DNA from: a virus | Taxonomy: Duplodnaviria; Heunggongvirae; Uroviricota; Caudoviricetes | Length of the DNA stretch: 9,780 nt | Direction: 5' to 3' (one strand) | IMG/VR virus record: IMGVR_UViG_2700989535_000004 | Location: 1-9,780 of that record | In this document: one piece after another, positions 1-6,729 of the stretch | Position numbering within the stretch: position 1 is the first letter of the stretch | Layout of the letters: each line of letters starts with the position of its first letter | Notes under the pieces: generated by a model | What the model was told of the DNA's origin: nothing | The model's database searches: none | The model's input: only the letters and a program-made list of their open reading frames with translations | Made by a program: the position numbers and the translations under genes

Positions 1-564
1 TCAACGACTGCGCTTAGCGTGGCGCTCCCAGTTTTCTTGCTTCGCCTGCGCCGTTTTACGTAGTGCGACGTAACACGCCCCGCTGCCGCCATGATGCGGT
101 AGCGCAGTGCAATATGCCTGAACATCATCAAATTCGGTCAGCCAGCGCGCCACATAGCTGCGGACAATATTGGCATGCGATTTATCATCCCGTCCTTTGC
201 CATGAATAATCAGCACGTTACGCAAACCATCAGCCATGGCTTGTTGAATGAAACTGAACATCATTTTGCGGCACTCTTCCACCGGCTGGCGCAAAAGATT
301 CAGGCTCGCCTGTTGCGGATATTTACCACTGCGCAGCTTATCCAGCACCCCATGTTGCAACCCTTCCCGCCGAAACTCCAGCGGCTGACTTAGTGGGATG
401 ATGTCGAGAAATCCGGTGGTGAGGAAATTATCAAGCTGCAGCGTGTCGATACGCTGCGGCGCACGTTGGTTACGCGTTGGATGCCAGTGGACATCGGTAG
501 CACGTTTCAGCGGCTGGACATCTTCCATGGCGTCAAGAAACAGCGATTTGTCGTCAAGGTTCAT
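1..564 (-). CDS. smrA: Smr-domain protein (SmrA/YdaL-like putative DNA endonuclease); host gene flanking the island
   Basis: Complete 187-aa ORF on the minus strand with stop at 1-3. Smr-type core motif (..NVLIIHGKGRDDKS..). The 187-aa length and the MNLDDKSLFLDAMEDV N-terminus match my recollection of E. coli SmrA rather than SmrB; not verified by search. Confidence 0.7.
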   Translation of the reverse strand: MNLDDKSLFLDAMEDVQPLKRATDVHWHPTRNQRAPQRIDTLQLDNFLTTGFLDIIPLSQPLEFRREGLQHGVLDKLRSGKYPQQASLNLLRQPVEECRKMMFSFIQQAMADGLRNVLIIHGKGRDDKSHANIVRSYVARWLTEFDDVQAYCTALPHHGGSGACYVALRKTAQAKQENWERHAKRSR

Positions 565-782
565 GTTACATCCTCCCGCAATTAAGAGCGCGATATGATA
601 ACCAGACCGGGTCGGTCCAACAACGTATTACCCAAAATTCCAGTAATAAGTTCCAAATATTGCCGATATTTTAAGCAAAATGCTTATGCATGATTATTCA
701 TTCACGATATTTATAATTAAATGCGCATAACTTATTGAATTTAACCAACAAACATCGCTGCAAATAACGTTAAAAATCGCAA

Positions 783-806
783 ATTAACTACACCATTAAC
801 TACACC
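783..806. repeat. Perfect tandem direct repeat, 2 x 12 bp (ATTAACTACACC)
   Basis: Read directly: attaactacacc at 783-794 and again at 795-806, in the AT-rich intergenic region upstream of the Smr gene. Confidence 0.9.
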
Positions 807-1296
807 GTTCGGTGCACTGTATGCAACAATGCGGAACAAATAGACACAAGCGACGGGCTATACCGTTATCATTTTCCGGCTATCCGCCATGAAGCTGGTG
901 GATGATCACGGATAAACCGTTATGGAAGTCCCCATATCGGCATCATGCCCACCAGCGAGATTAGTTATCTGGTTGCTGATGGGAGGCTGACGAACCTCGA
1001 TGCTAGGGTGCGCAAAACTAGTGAGACCTTTTTTCTCTGCAACAGGCCCATAATTCGCGTTTTCTTTGTCTGCCGTAAGGTGGGGGATTTTTGGCGGATC
1101 CAGCAATGGCGCGGATTTTGTGATTTTTTATAGATAGACCTCATCTATCAATCCCGTGCACACCTTCCCAAAAAAAGTTTTCGAACCTGCGGCGATGTGA
1201 ACAAGGGTAGGCGGGCGGTCCCATAAGCAATGAGGTGTAGGGATTTCTATCCCCCTGGGGGTATTAAACACCACCCGATTTAAATACCGTCTTTTT

Positions 1297-1332
1297 TGTC
1301 ACTGTGTGTCACTCTCCGTCACGGTATGTCAC
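1297..1332. repeat. Four (T/C)GTCAC motifs at exact 10-bp phasing; candidate protein-binding array at the left island edge
   Basis: tgtcac at 1297-1302, tgtcac at 1307-1312, cgtcac at 1317-1322, tgtcac at 1327-1332. The array lies immediately downstream of the last island ORF (stop at 1339). Confidence 0.8.
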
Positions 1333-1338
1333 CACAAG

Positions 1339-1620
1339 TTAACGTCGTAACCGTTCCGGCTTCTTCCAGTGGTAAGTAATTTTTTCTTTCTCTTGGTACA
1401 TCTGCACGCGGCGACGGTACGACAACATCTCCAGAACTCTGGTGCGTATGTTGCGCATATCCACGCCGTTAAGCTCGATACCGTCACGGCGCATCACCTC
1501 AGCAACAACACGCACATAATTTTCAGCGGTCACGCTGTCCGGCTGCGTGGCCTGTTCGTCAGCCTGCTGGCTGATTCCGGTAACGCGGCGGATTAATCGC
1601 AGTATTTCGGCTTCTGTCAT
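1339..1620 (-). CDS. Hypothetical protein (93 aa), last gene of the packaging operon
   Basis: ATG at 1618-1620 preceded by TGGGGGCACA (G-rich SD, 4-nt spacer); 73-bp gap after the Nu1-like gene. No recognisable similarity to lambda gpA, gpW or gpFII. Confidence 0.5.
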   Translation of the reverse strand: MTEAEILRLIRRVTGISQQADEQATQPDSVTAENYVRVVAEVMRRDGIELNGVDMRNIRTRVLEMLSYRRRVQMYQEKEKITYHWKKPERLRR

Positions 1621-1693
1621 TGTGCCCCCATCGCTCTGATAGCCTGGTGTCGTCAGGTCCTTCCTGGAATTATGGCCCGTTACGGGGCGGCGG

Positions 1694-2236
1694 TTACTCG
1701 CCTTTGTTCTGTAGCAACTTCTCAGGCGCGCTTCCGGTAGTTTCCATCAGGTAATCAGCCAGTATCTGTGGCAGGTTTTCGTCAAGTCTTGCACATGCGT
1801 TACATGCTTTGGCTATTTCCCTTTTTAGTTCATCCAGCATATACGGCCTTATATCGGGAAAGCGCCTTTGCATTGTGAGCGGGAGGCTGTCCATGATTGA
1901 TGAAATCTGACTCGCTAGTTTTGAAATCGCGTAGATGCAAAACTTTGTATCAATCACCTCGCCGCGTTCGCGCTCGTTTTTAAGTTCCTGCGCTTCCGCC
2001 TGGGCCGTCATTAATCTGATTCTTACGCGTAAAAGTTCATCATCATCAATCTCGCCTTTGTCGTTTGTAAGCTGGTTAATTGCATTGTTAACCCTATTGT
2101 CTATCACGCTAGCAACATCATAAAACGCCTCACGGCCTTTACGCTCAACGGGAGTTACTCCCCACTTGTCGAACGCTGTCGCACTTACGCGGCAGCTTTG
2201 CGCCATAGTTTTTTTGTTCATCAGGTGCGATTTCAT
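1694..2236 (-). CDS. Terminase small subunit, lambda Nu1 family
   Basis: Translation aligns along its length with lambda Nu1 as recalled (e.g. RLMTAQAEAQELKNERERGEVIDTKFCIYAISKLASQISSIMDSLPLTMQRRFP vs lambda RLTRAQADAQELKNARDSAEVVETAFCTFVLSRIAGEIASILDGLPLSVQRRFP). About 180 aa like Nu1. Start taken at ATG 2234-2236 (SD GTGGGGA, 5-nt spacer); ATG 2219-2221 (MNKK.., aligning with lambda MEVNKK) and GTG 2246-2248 are alternatives. Sits 134 bp downstream of cosN. Confidence 0.85.
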   Translation of the reverse strand: MKSHLMNKKTMAQSCRVSATAFDKWGVTPVERKGREAFYDVASVIDNRVNNAINQLTNDKGEIDDDELLRVRIRLMTAQAEAQELKNERERGEVIDTKFCIYAISKLASQISSIMDSLPLTMQRRFPDIRPYMLDELKREIAKACNACARLDENLPQILADYLMETTGSAPEKLLQNKGE

Positions 2237-2261
2237 CAATATCCCCACTTAGTTAAGGTTT

Positions 2262-2420
2262 CAGGTTGGTGTGTTGGTGTTATCTTTCCCTTTTTATTCA
2301 TAGAGATAGAGCGAAAAACAAAACCACCACCACCAACCCGAAAAGGCTCATAAATAGCGAAAATCCGCAAGGTCGCCGCCCCGTAGCCTGCCGGATCGCC
2401 GGAAAGGACCCGCCAGCCAG
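2262..2420 (-). other. Lambda-type cos site: cosQ-like flank (2382-2420), cosN (2370-2381) and a divergent cosB-like region (2262-2369)
   Basis: The minus strand reads CTGGCTGGCGGGTCCTTTCCGGCGATCCGGCAGGCTACG|GGGCGGCGACCT|TGCGGATTTTCGCTATTTATGA. The 12-nt block is the lambda cohesive end, and both flanks match the lambda right-end and left-end sequences as I recall them with only a few substitutions. After TATTTATGA the sequence diverges; the cosB-like region carries GGTTGGTGTGTTGGTG (2265-2280) and its inverted partner CCACCACCACCAACC (2324-2338) around an AT-rich core. Confidence 0.8.
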
Positions 2421-2437
2421 AACGGGCCCTAATTTCA

Positions 2438-2821
2438 TCAACCAATCAGCTTATAGCGACCATCCCGTGCATTGCGACGTACACGCTCAATCTTGAGGCA
2501 TAGCGCCGCATCTGGCTTTTTGGGGACAGGTACGCGGCAATATTCAGAAGCTCGAGGAATATTGTTTATCCAGTCGATCACTTCACTTAAATACCAGGCT
2601 TTACGCCCTTCCGTAACCTGTACGCGTTCGGGGAACTCTCCACGAGCCTCAAGGTTTAGCAATGTGCGACGGCTAAGGGTAGTAAGTTCCATCACCTGAT
2701 TCATATCAACAAGGCGTTCACTTAAACGCATTTTGTCAGCAATAGCCTTTAATTCCTCTACTGCTGGATCCGGATACATCATTTCGGCAATTGGCTTAAG
2801 GTCATTGTAATGATTCTGCAT
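2438..2821 (-). CDS. AlpA/Xis-family (HTH_17-like) DNA-binding protein, 127 aa
   Basis: ATG at 2819-2821 with SD AAGGGGGA (4-nt spacer). Central segment MELTTLSRRTLLNLEARGEFPERVQVTEGRKAWYLSEVIDWI has the AlpA/excisionase-type HTH pattern, with about 40 extra residues at the N-terminus and about 40 at the C-terminus. The stop lies directly next to cosQ. Confidence 0.6.
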   Translation of the reverse strand: MQNHYNDLKPIAEMMYPDPAVEELKAIADKMRLSERLVDMNQVMELTTLSRRTLLNLEARGEFPERVQVTEGRKAWYLSEVIDWINNIPRASEYCRVPVPKKPDAALCLKIERVRRNARDGRYKLIG

Positions 2822-2832
2822 TGTATCCCCCT

Positions 2833-3174
2833 TTACACACGAGCCAGCGGCTGAACAGAAATACCTGAGCCAACAAACGCGGCAACCTTTGCCGACAGTT
2901 CTCTTACAGACTCAGGCCAGTTCAGAGCATCAACATTTAAAACACCTGTCTTATAAACCTGTGCCTGTGTTTTTTTCGCTGTGTCGATTTGTACAGCGGA
3001 AACATAAACCGCTTTGCCTGCGCTCGTTCCATCCCATACCACTAGCGCACCAGTTGCATCTTCCTGCATCAGTGGCGTAAACGCAGGTATTACCCCTTTA
3101 TTGGCTGAAAATATCCCCAGCGTAGTAACCAGTGCTTCAGTGCCAGACATGAGTTCAGTGTAATGAGTAGCCAT
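2833..3174 (-). CDS. Head decoration protein, lambda gpD family
   Basis: 113 aa. Shares with lambda gpD as recalled: TPLM, LV(V/A)WDGT, YK(T/S)G, WPE and AF(V/A)G(S/T)(G/A)IS in the same order and spacing. ATG at 3172-3174 with SD AAGGGGGAG; starts 9 nt after the capsid gene stop. Confidence 0.85.
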   Translation of the reverse strand: MATHYTELMSGTEALVTTLGIFSANKGVIPAFTPLMQEDATGALVVWDGTSAGKAVYVSAVQIDTAKKTQAQVYKTGVLNVDALNWPESVRELSAKVAAFVGSGISVQPLARV

Positions 3175-3183
3175 TGCTCCCCC

Positions 3184-4230
3184 TTAGCCAATGCGAACGG
3201 TAACAAAACGATTGATGCGGGCCGGTATTGGCTGTGGTGCAGAGTGCGTTTGTACGTACTCAATAGCCGGATCACCAGGCACAATATAGTTTTTCGGTGC
3301 AAGTTCGGCTTTAGTCAGCCCCATTCGGGTTAGCTCCGGATCCTGAATACCGCCATAGGCGACAATCCCCTGAAGAGCCGTATTGCCAAGCACCATCAAA
3401 TCAGGATCAAGGAAATGTTTTTCAGTTCCGTCCTCGTCGGTATAACGTCCGCTGTAAACAACAATCGCAACATCGCCCATATACCCTTTAAAACTCACCG
3501 AATCACCAAGGTCTTTAAGGGCCGTTTCCAGTTCGGAATTAGAACCACGGCGGGTATCCAGAGCCTCTTTTATCGCTCTGAATGAACGGTATTTCTTCCA
3601 TACATTACCGCCCATAATGATGATATTAGTGACGCCCTCACTAAATTCTGCGTAGCTCTCAATATCATCATTTGGATCAAAAGTTTCTTTATCCTTACCT
3701 GACCACTCAGCACCGCCAGACTGCGTGATAATATTTTGTGGTTTTATATTCCAGTCCAGTTCATAACGTTCAATACCATCGCCCTCAATGATATTTTTCC
3801 CCGTTGTGATTGCCTGAACAGCAAGCCATTCAATACGTGCACGTATAGCTTTAGCCTGATTTACAATCGCCTGTTTAACTTTAATATTACGCGCCCCAAA
3901 AGCATTGTATTGTTCAGGTGATACACCAGCAGGGCGCACAGCTAACTTATTTGGATCAATGCTGCTTTTCGGTTTCATATAGCCAGGGCGAATTGTTTTT
4001 GATTCGTATCCCTCATCTCGTGAAACTTTACTGCCCACCATAGGAGAGCAAAACGCCGCGATCGGGATATTTGGATCGTCGATCGTATCAAGAATAATGT
4101 CTCTCGATTCAAACATTACCGAGCGAGTGAAAAACAAACTGGTAAACAACGCATTTAATTTTTTTTGCACATCTTCAGCATTAGCCATCTGCACAAGCTG
4201 TGTAGGCGAATATAAATCAACCATACTCAT
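3184..4230 (-). CDS. Major capsid protein, lambda gpE family
   Basis: Strong colinear similarity to lambda gpE as recalled (ITQSGGAEWSGKDKETFDPNDDIESYA.., DTRRGSNSELETALKDLG, GDVAIVVYSG, MVLGNT, with an MSM start like gpE). 348 aa from ATG 4228-4230 (SD AAAGAGG directly upstream); ATG 4222-4224 has better SD spacing. The six-frame ORF runs on to 4311 but that extension has no gpE counterpart. Confidence 0.9.
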   Translation of the reverse strand: MSMVDLYSPTQLVQMANAEDVQKKLNALFTSLFFTRSVMFESRDIILDTIDDPNIPIAAFCSPMVGSKVSRDEGYESKTIRPGYMKPKSSIDPNKLAVRPAGVSPEQYNAFGARNIKVKQAIVNQAKAIRARIEWLAVQAITTGKNIIEGDGIERYELDWNIKPQNIITQSGGAEWSGKDKETFDPNDDIESYAEFSEGVTNIIIMGGNVWKKYRSFRAIKEALDTRRGSNSELETALKDLGDSVSFKGYMGDVAIVVYSGRYTDEDGTEKHFLDPDLMVLGNTALQGIVAYGGIQDPELTRMGLTKAELAPKNYIVPGDPAIEYVQTHSAPQPIPARINRFVTVRIG

Positions 4231-4393
4231 CCTCTTTACATTCATTACAAATAATTGTGAATATATTCTATTACCGATGTCTGCTATGCGAATACATGCA
4301 ACCAAGTGCAATGTTGTATAAAATATGCCGTGACAACTTCAGTGCTGATAATTCGTGTTAATGTATTTACTTCCTTTGGTCGGGATTTATGTA

Positions 4394-4435
4394 GCATGCC
4401 GGAAAATCTATTTTTTTCCGGCATCTTTTTGTTTG
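4394..4435 (+). terminator. Stem-loop (11-bp stem) with a T-tract on the plus strand; terminator-like element between the SSB and capsid genes
   Basis: ATGCCGGAAAA (4396-4406) pairs with TTTTCCGGCAT (4414-4424), followed by CTTTTTGTTTG. The U-tract geometry is on the plus strand; on the coding minus strand the hairpin is preceded by an A-tract instead. Lies 16 bp beyond the SSB stop. Confidence 0.4.
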
Positions 4436-4441
4436 CAGAAT

Positions 4442-4864
4442 TTAAAACGGTATATTATCGCCGTACGGATCATCATTCCCCGACTGTTGTTTTGCCCTGT
4501 TCAGTGCGTCAGTGGCCTGCCCCTGCTGACCTTTTTTGCCGCCCGGTCGCGCCGTTCGCGCACTGATTACGCTGTCTGCGATAACCTGCCAGCCCCGCCG
4601 CGTTTCGCCGTTCTGGCCTGTCCACTGGCTTACCTGCATGTTACCCGCCACGCTCAGGAGTTCACCCTTGCGGTGCTTTGCCAGTGCTTCGGCCTGTCTG
4701 CCAAACGCCAGGACGGATAACCACATCGTCGCCGTTCCGTCATCTGCCTGGCTGCACGGAAGTGGGACCGCCATACTCGCCATCGTCATTTGTGTACCCT
4801 TGCTGGTGGTCTTTAACTGCGGGTCAGCCACCAGCCGCCCGTAAGCCGCTATCTGTGCTGTCAT
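4442..4864 (-). CDS. ssb: Single-stranded DNA-binding protein (SSB)
   Basis: 140 aa with an OB-fold-like N-terminal region (IAAYGRLVADPQ.., WLSVLAFGRQAEALAKHRKGELLSVAGNMQVSQWTGQNGETRRGWQVIADSV), a Gly/Gln-rich linker and an acidic tail ending DNIPF (compare SSB DDDIPF). Its ATG (4862-4864) overlaps the upstream stop as ATGA. Confidence 0.85.
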   Translation of the reverse strand: MTAQIAAYGRLVADPQLKTTSKGTQMTMASMAVPLPCSQADDGTATMWLSVLAFGRQAEALAKHRKGELLSVAGNMQVSQWTGQNGETRRGWQVIADSVISARTARPGGKKGQQGQATDALNRAKQQSGNDDPYGDNIPF

Positions 4865-5112
4865 GCTGTCTGCTCTCCGGTTTTAACGTTGATGGTTGTC
4901 ACCTGTTCCGCTTCGGCAATCTCCCGTTCTGTCAGTGTGGCAAAATTTGCCGCCGCCGTGGTCATGAATGCGCTTATCAGTTCGGGATGCGCTTTCGCGT
5001 ATCCTTCTCCGGCGTGGCGGTCTATCGTTCTGATTGCCACCTTTAAGGCGTGCTCTGTCATGTCTAATGCGCGATATTTTGGTGCTGTTTTATCTCTGCT
5101 TTTTCTGGTCAT
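4861..5112 (-). CDS. Hypothetical protein (83 aa), translationally coupled to ssb
   Basis: ATG at 5110-5112 directly abutting the iteron region; G-rich sequence upstream; stop overlaps the ssb start. No family recognised. Confidence 0.5.
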   Translation of the reverse strand: MTRKSRDKTAPKYRALDMTEHALKVAIRTIDRHAGEGYAKAHPELISAFMTTAAANFATLTEREIAEAEQVTTINVKTGEQTA

Positions 5113-5113
5113 T

Positions 5114-5316
5114 CCCCACTACCCCCCACTTTTTCGCCTCACTTTTTAAGCTCCCCACATGATTTCCAACCTTGTTTTTTTGTGATTCTAATATGTTGTT
5201 TTTCAATGTGTTTTTTATTCCTCACTTTTGAGCCTATATACAGATTGAAAAGTGAGGGGCGCGGTTGCTTTTTGTTCAGTTCCTGCTATCCCCTCACTTT
5301 TGCGCCTCACTTTTTA
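5114..5316. repeat. Iteron array flanking an AT-rich core: putative replication origin
   Basis: CC(C/T)CACTTTT(T) copies at 5124-5134, 5137-5147, 5219-5229, 5292-5301 and 5304-5315; partial copies at 5114-5120 and 5153-5160; one inverted copy (AAAAGTGAGGGG, 5247-5258). A T-rich core lies at 5161-5217. The array starts at the stop codon of the replicase gene. Confidence 0.65.
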
Positions 5317-6729
5317 CAGTGGGCGCACATCATCACCGTCAATAGCGATAACGCCGTCTCTTTCCAGCTTGTACAGCCAGCGCCGGAAGTTTTTCATCTC
5401 ATACCCCAGCTTTTTCATATCATCGCGCAACAACGGGATAGTGCATTTATCGCCGCGCTGTGTGCGTGACCGGATACAGCCCCATAGTGCGGCGTGATTC
5501 TCCGTCTTGTTTCCGGCCTCCTCGATGCGCTCCAGTTCAACGGGTGGGCGCGGCTTATCCACAACCACCAGCGACGTGATTAACTCCTTGTCAGCGTCGG
5601 TAAAAAGCTCCACCACACGTAAATCATATGCAGCCTCTTTCAGTTCCTCCGCGTCCTTCATTTTGGTGCAGGAGATAACCAGGGCCTCACTGTCCGCGCC
5701 TTCGCGGCGGATCCGGTACTCAGCGTCCAGAGATGCACGAAATGCACTGGAACCACGCGCCCCTTTTGTTTCATCCTTGCCGGAATGGTGAACCACCAGC
5801 ACCGTGGCCCCTGTGCGTCGTTTCAGTTCGTCACATCCACGGATAAACGCCCCCATATCCCGCGCGTCATTTTCATCATTACCGCCAAAGCAACGCGCCA
5901 GCGTATCCAGAATAATCATGCGTACCGGTTTACCCGTTTCCCGTTCAACCTGGCGGGATGCGATAACCATTTCATCAACATCAAACTGGGCTGCAGGAAA
6001 AATCGGGCGGGTTACCAGGTACAGATTTTTCACCCGTTCATCATTAACGATTTCCCATGCCTTGATACGGCGGGGGACACCAATGCCACCTTCACCGACA
6101 ACATACATCACCGAACCATGCGCCACCCTGCGACCTCCCCAGTGGCGACCCGTGGCAACATGACACGCCCAGGAACACGCGAGGAACGATTTATAGGAAC
6201 CGCTCGCGCCGTATGTGCTGCACAATGAATTAGCCGGAATCACGCCCTTAACGACATAATCAAGCTGTGTGTCGTACCCTGCAGATCCAATGCTCATTGG
6301 TAGCGTGGTTTTTCGCTGACTGTATTGCTCGTCAGTAAGTATTTCCCCGCGCTCTGCCTGTTCGCGGATCCGTTGCAGGTAGTCGTGCCAGTTCTCCAGC
6401 TTCTGACTGTGCATTCCCTCAGGGTAATAATTCGCATCCCGTACACCTGCCGCCGCCAGCTTTTGCCCGATGGCATTAATATTTGACGGCTTGATGTGGC
6501 CTGCCTTGTACAGTCGGACACAATAGCGACCATCGTCGATAATTTTCAGGCCTGCCAGTTCGTCAAGCTGGCTGTCTCCCAGCCATACAGGCGGAACATT
6601 GTCGCCAGCAAGTCGCCCGTCCTGCTCCTGCCATTGTTTCGCGTGCGCCCAGGCATCACTACCCGCAAAAATAATGACTTCGGTCATTTTGTCGTAAGGC
6701 TGTTTTTTTAAGTTCGGTGCGCTTTTCAT
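5314..6729 (-). CDS. Replication initiator, primase/helicase type, with RepA-like AAA_25 ATPase core
   Basis: 471 aa. Walker A-like GASGSYKSFLA (Tyr where Gly is usual), Walker B-like RMIILDT and a VLVVHHSGKDE motif typical of RepA/AAA_25 helicases. The N-terminal 170 aa may be a degenerate Toprim (EVIIFAGSDAW..LKIIDDG) and the C-terminal 100 aa a DNA-binding domain. ATG at 6727-6729 (SD AGGGG, 6-nt spacer) overlaps the upstream stop as ATGA. Confidence 0.8.
   Translation of the reverse strand: MKSAPNLKKQPYDKMTEVIIFAGSDAWAHAKQWQEQDGRLAGDNVPPVWLGDSQLDELAGLKIIDDGRYCVRLYKAGHIKPSNINAIGQKLAAAGVRDANYYPEGMHSQKLENWHDYLQRIREQAERGEILTDEQYSQRKTTLPMSIGSAGYDTQLDYVVKGVIPANSLCSTYGASGSYKSFLACSWACHVATGRHWGGRRVAHGSVMYVVGEGGIGVPRRIKAWEIVNDERVKNLYLVTRPIFPAAQFDVDEMVIASRQVERETGKPVRMIILDTLARCFGGNDENDARDMGAFIRGCDELKRRTGATVLVVHHSGKDETKGARGSSAFRASLDAEYRIRREGADSEALVISCTKMKDAEELKEAAYDLRVVELFTDADKELITSLVVVDKPRPPVELERIEEAGNKTENHAALWGCIRSRTQRGDKCTIPLLRDDMKKLGYEMKNFRRWLYKLERDGVIAIDGDDVRPL

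Noticed and set aside
906-1133. Two overlapping ORFs on opposite strands (906-1106 minus, 945-1133 plus) in the region between the Smr gene and the island
   Set aside because: They are mutually exclusive, have no convincing ribosome-binding sites and show no family resemblance; the region is better treated as non-coding.
1130-1340. Possible tRNA or tmRNA 3' end as the integration target at the left junction (GTTTTCGAACC at about 1181-1191 looked T-loop-like)
   Set aside because: No acceptor stem, anticodon arm or CCA context can be built around it on either strand; the motif is not the GGTTCGA(A/G)TCC consensus.
1339-1620. The 93-aa ORF as an N-terminal remnant of a large terminase (gpA)
   Set aside because: No similarity to the lambda gpA N-terminus as recalled, and the ORF is followed directly by the repeat array and host-like sequence.
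5114-5316. CRISPR array, given the repeated CCTCACTTTT units
   Set aside because: The repeats are about 10 bp, irregularly spaced, in both orientations, and sit next to a replicase; this is iteron-like, not repeat-spacer architecture.
3736-6228. Plus-strand ORFs lying antisense to the capsid, SSB and replicase genes (for example 3736-3921, 4355-4720, 4536-4844, 4678-5046, 5785-6228, 5804-6163)
   Set aside because: They sit entirely inside strongly supported minus-strand genes, lack ribosome-binding sites and have Ser/Arg/Cys/Pro-rich shadow-frame composition.
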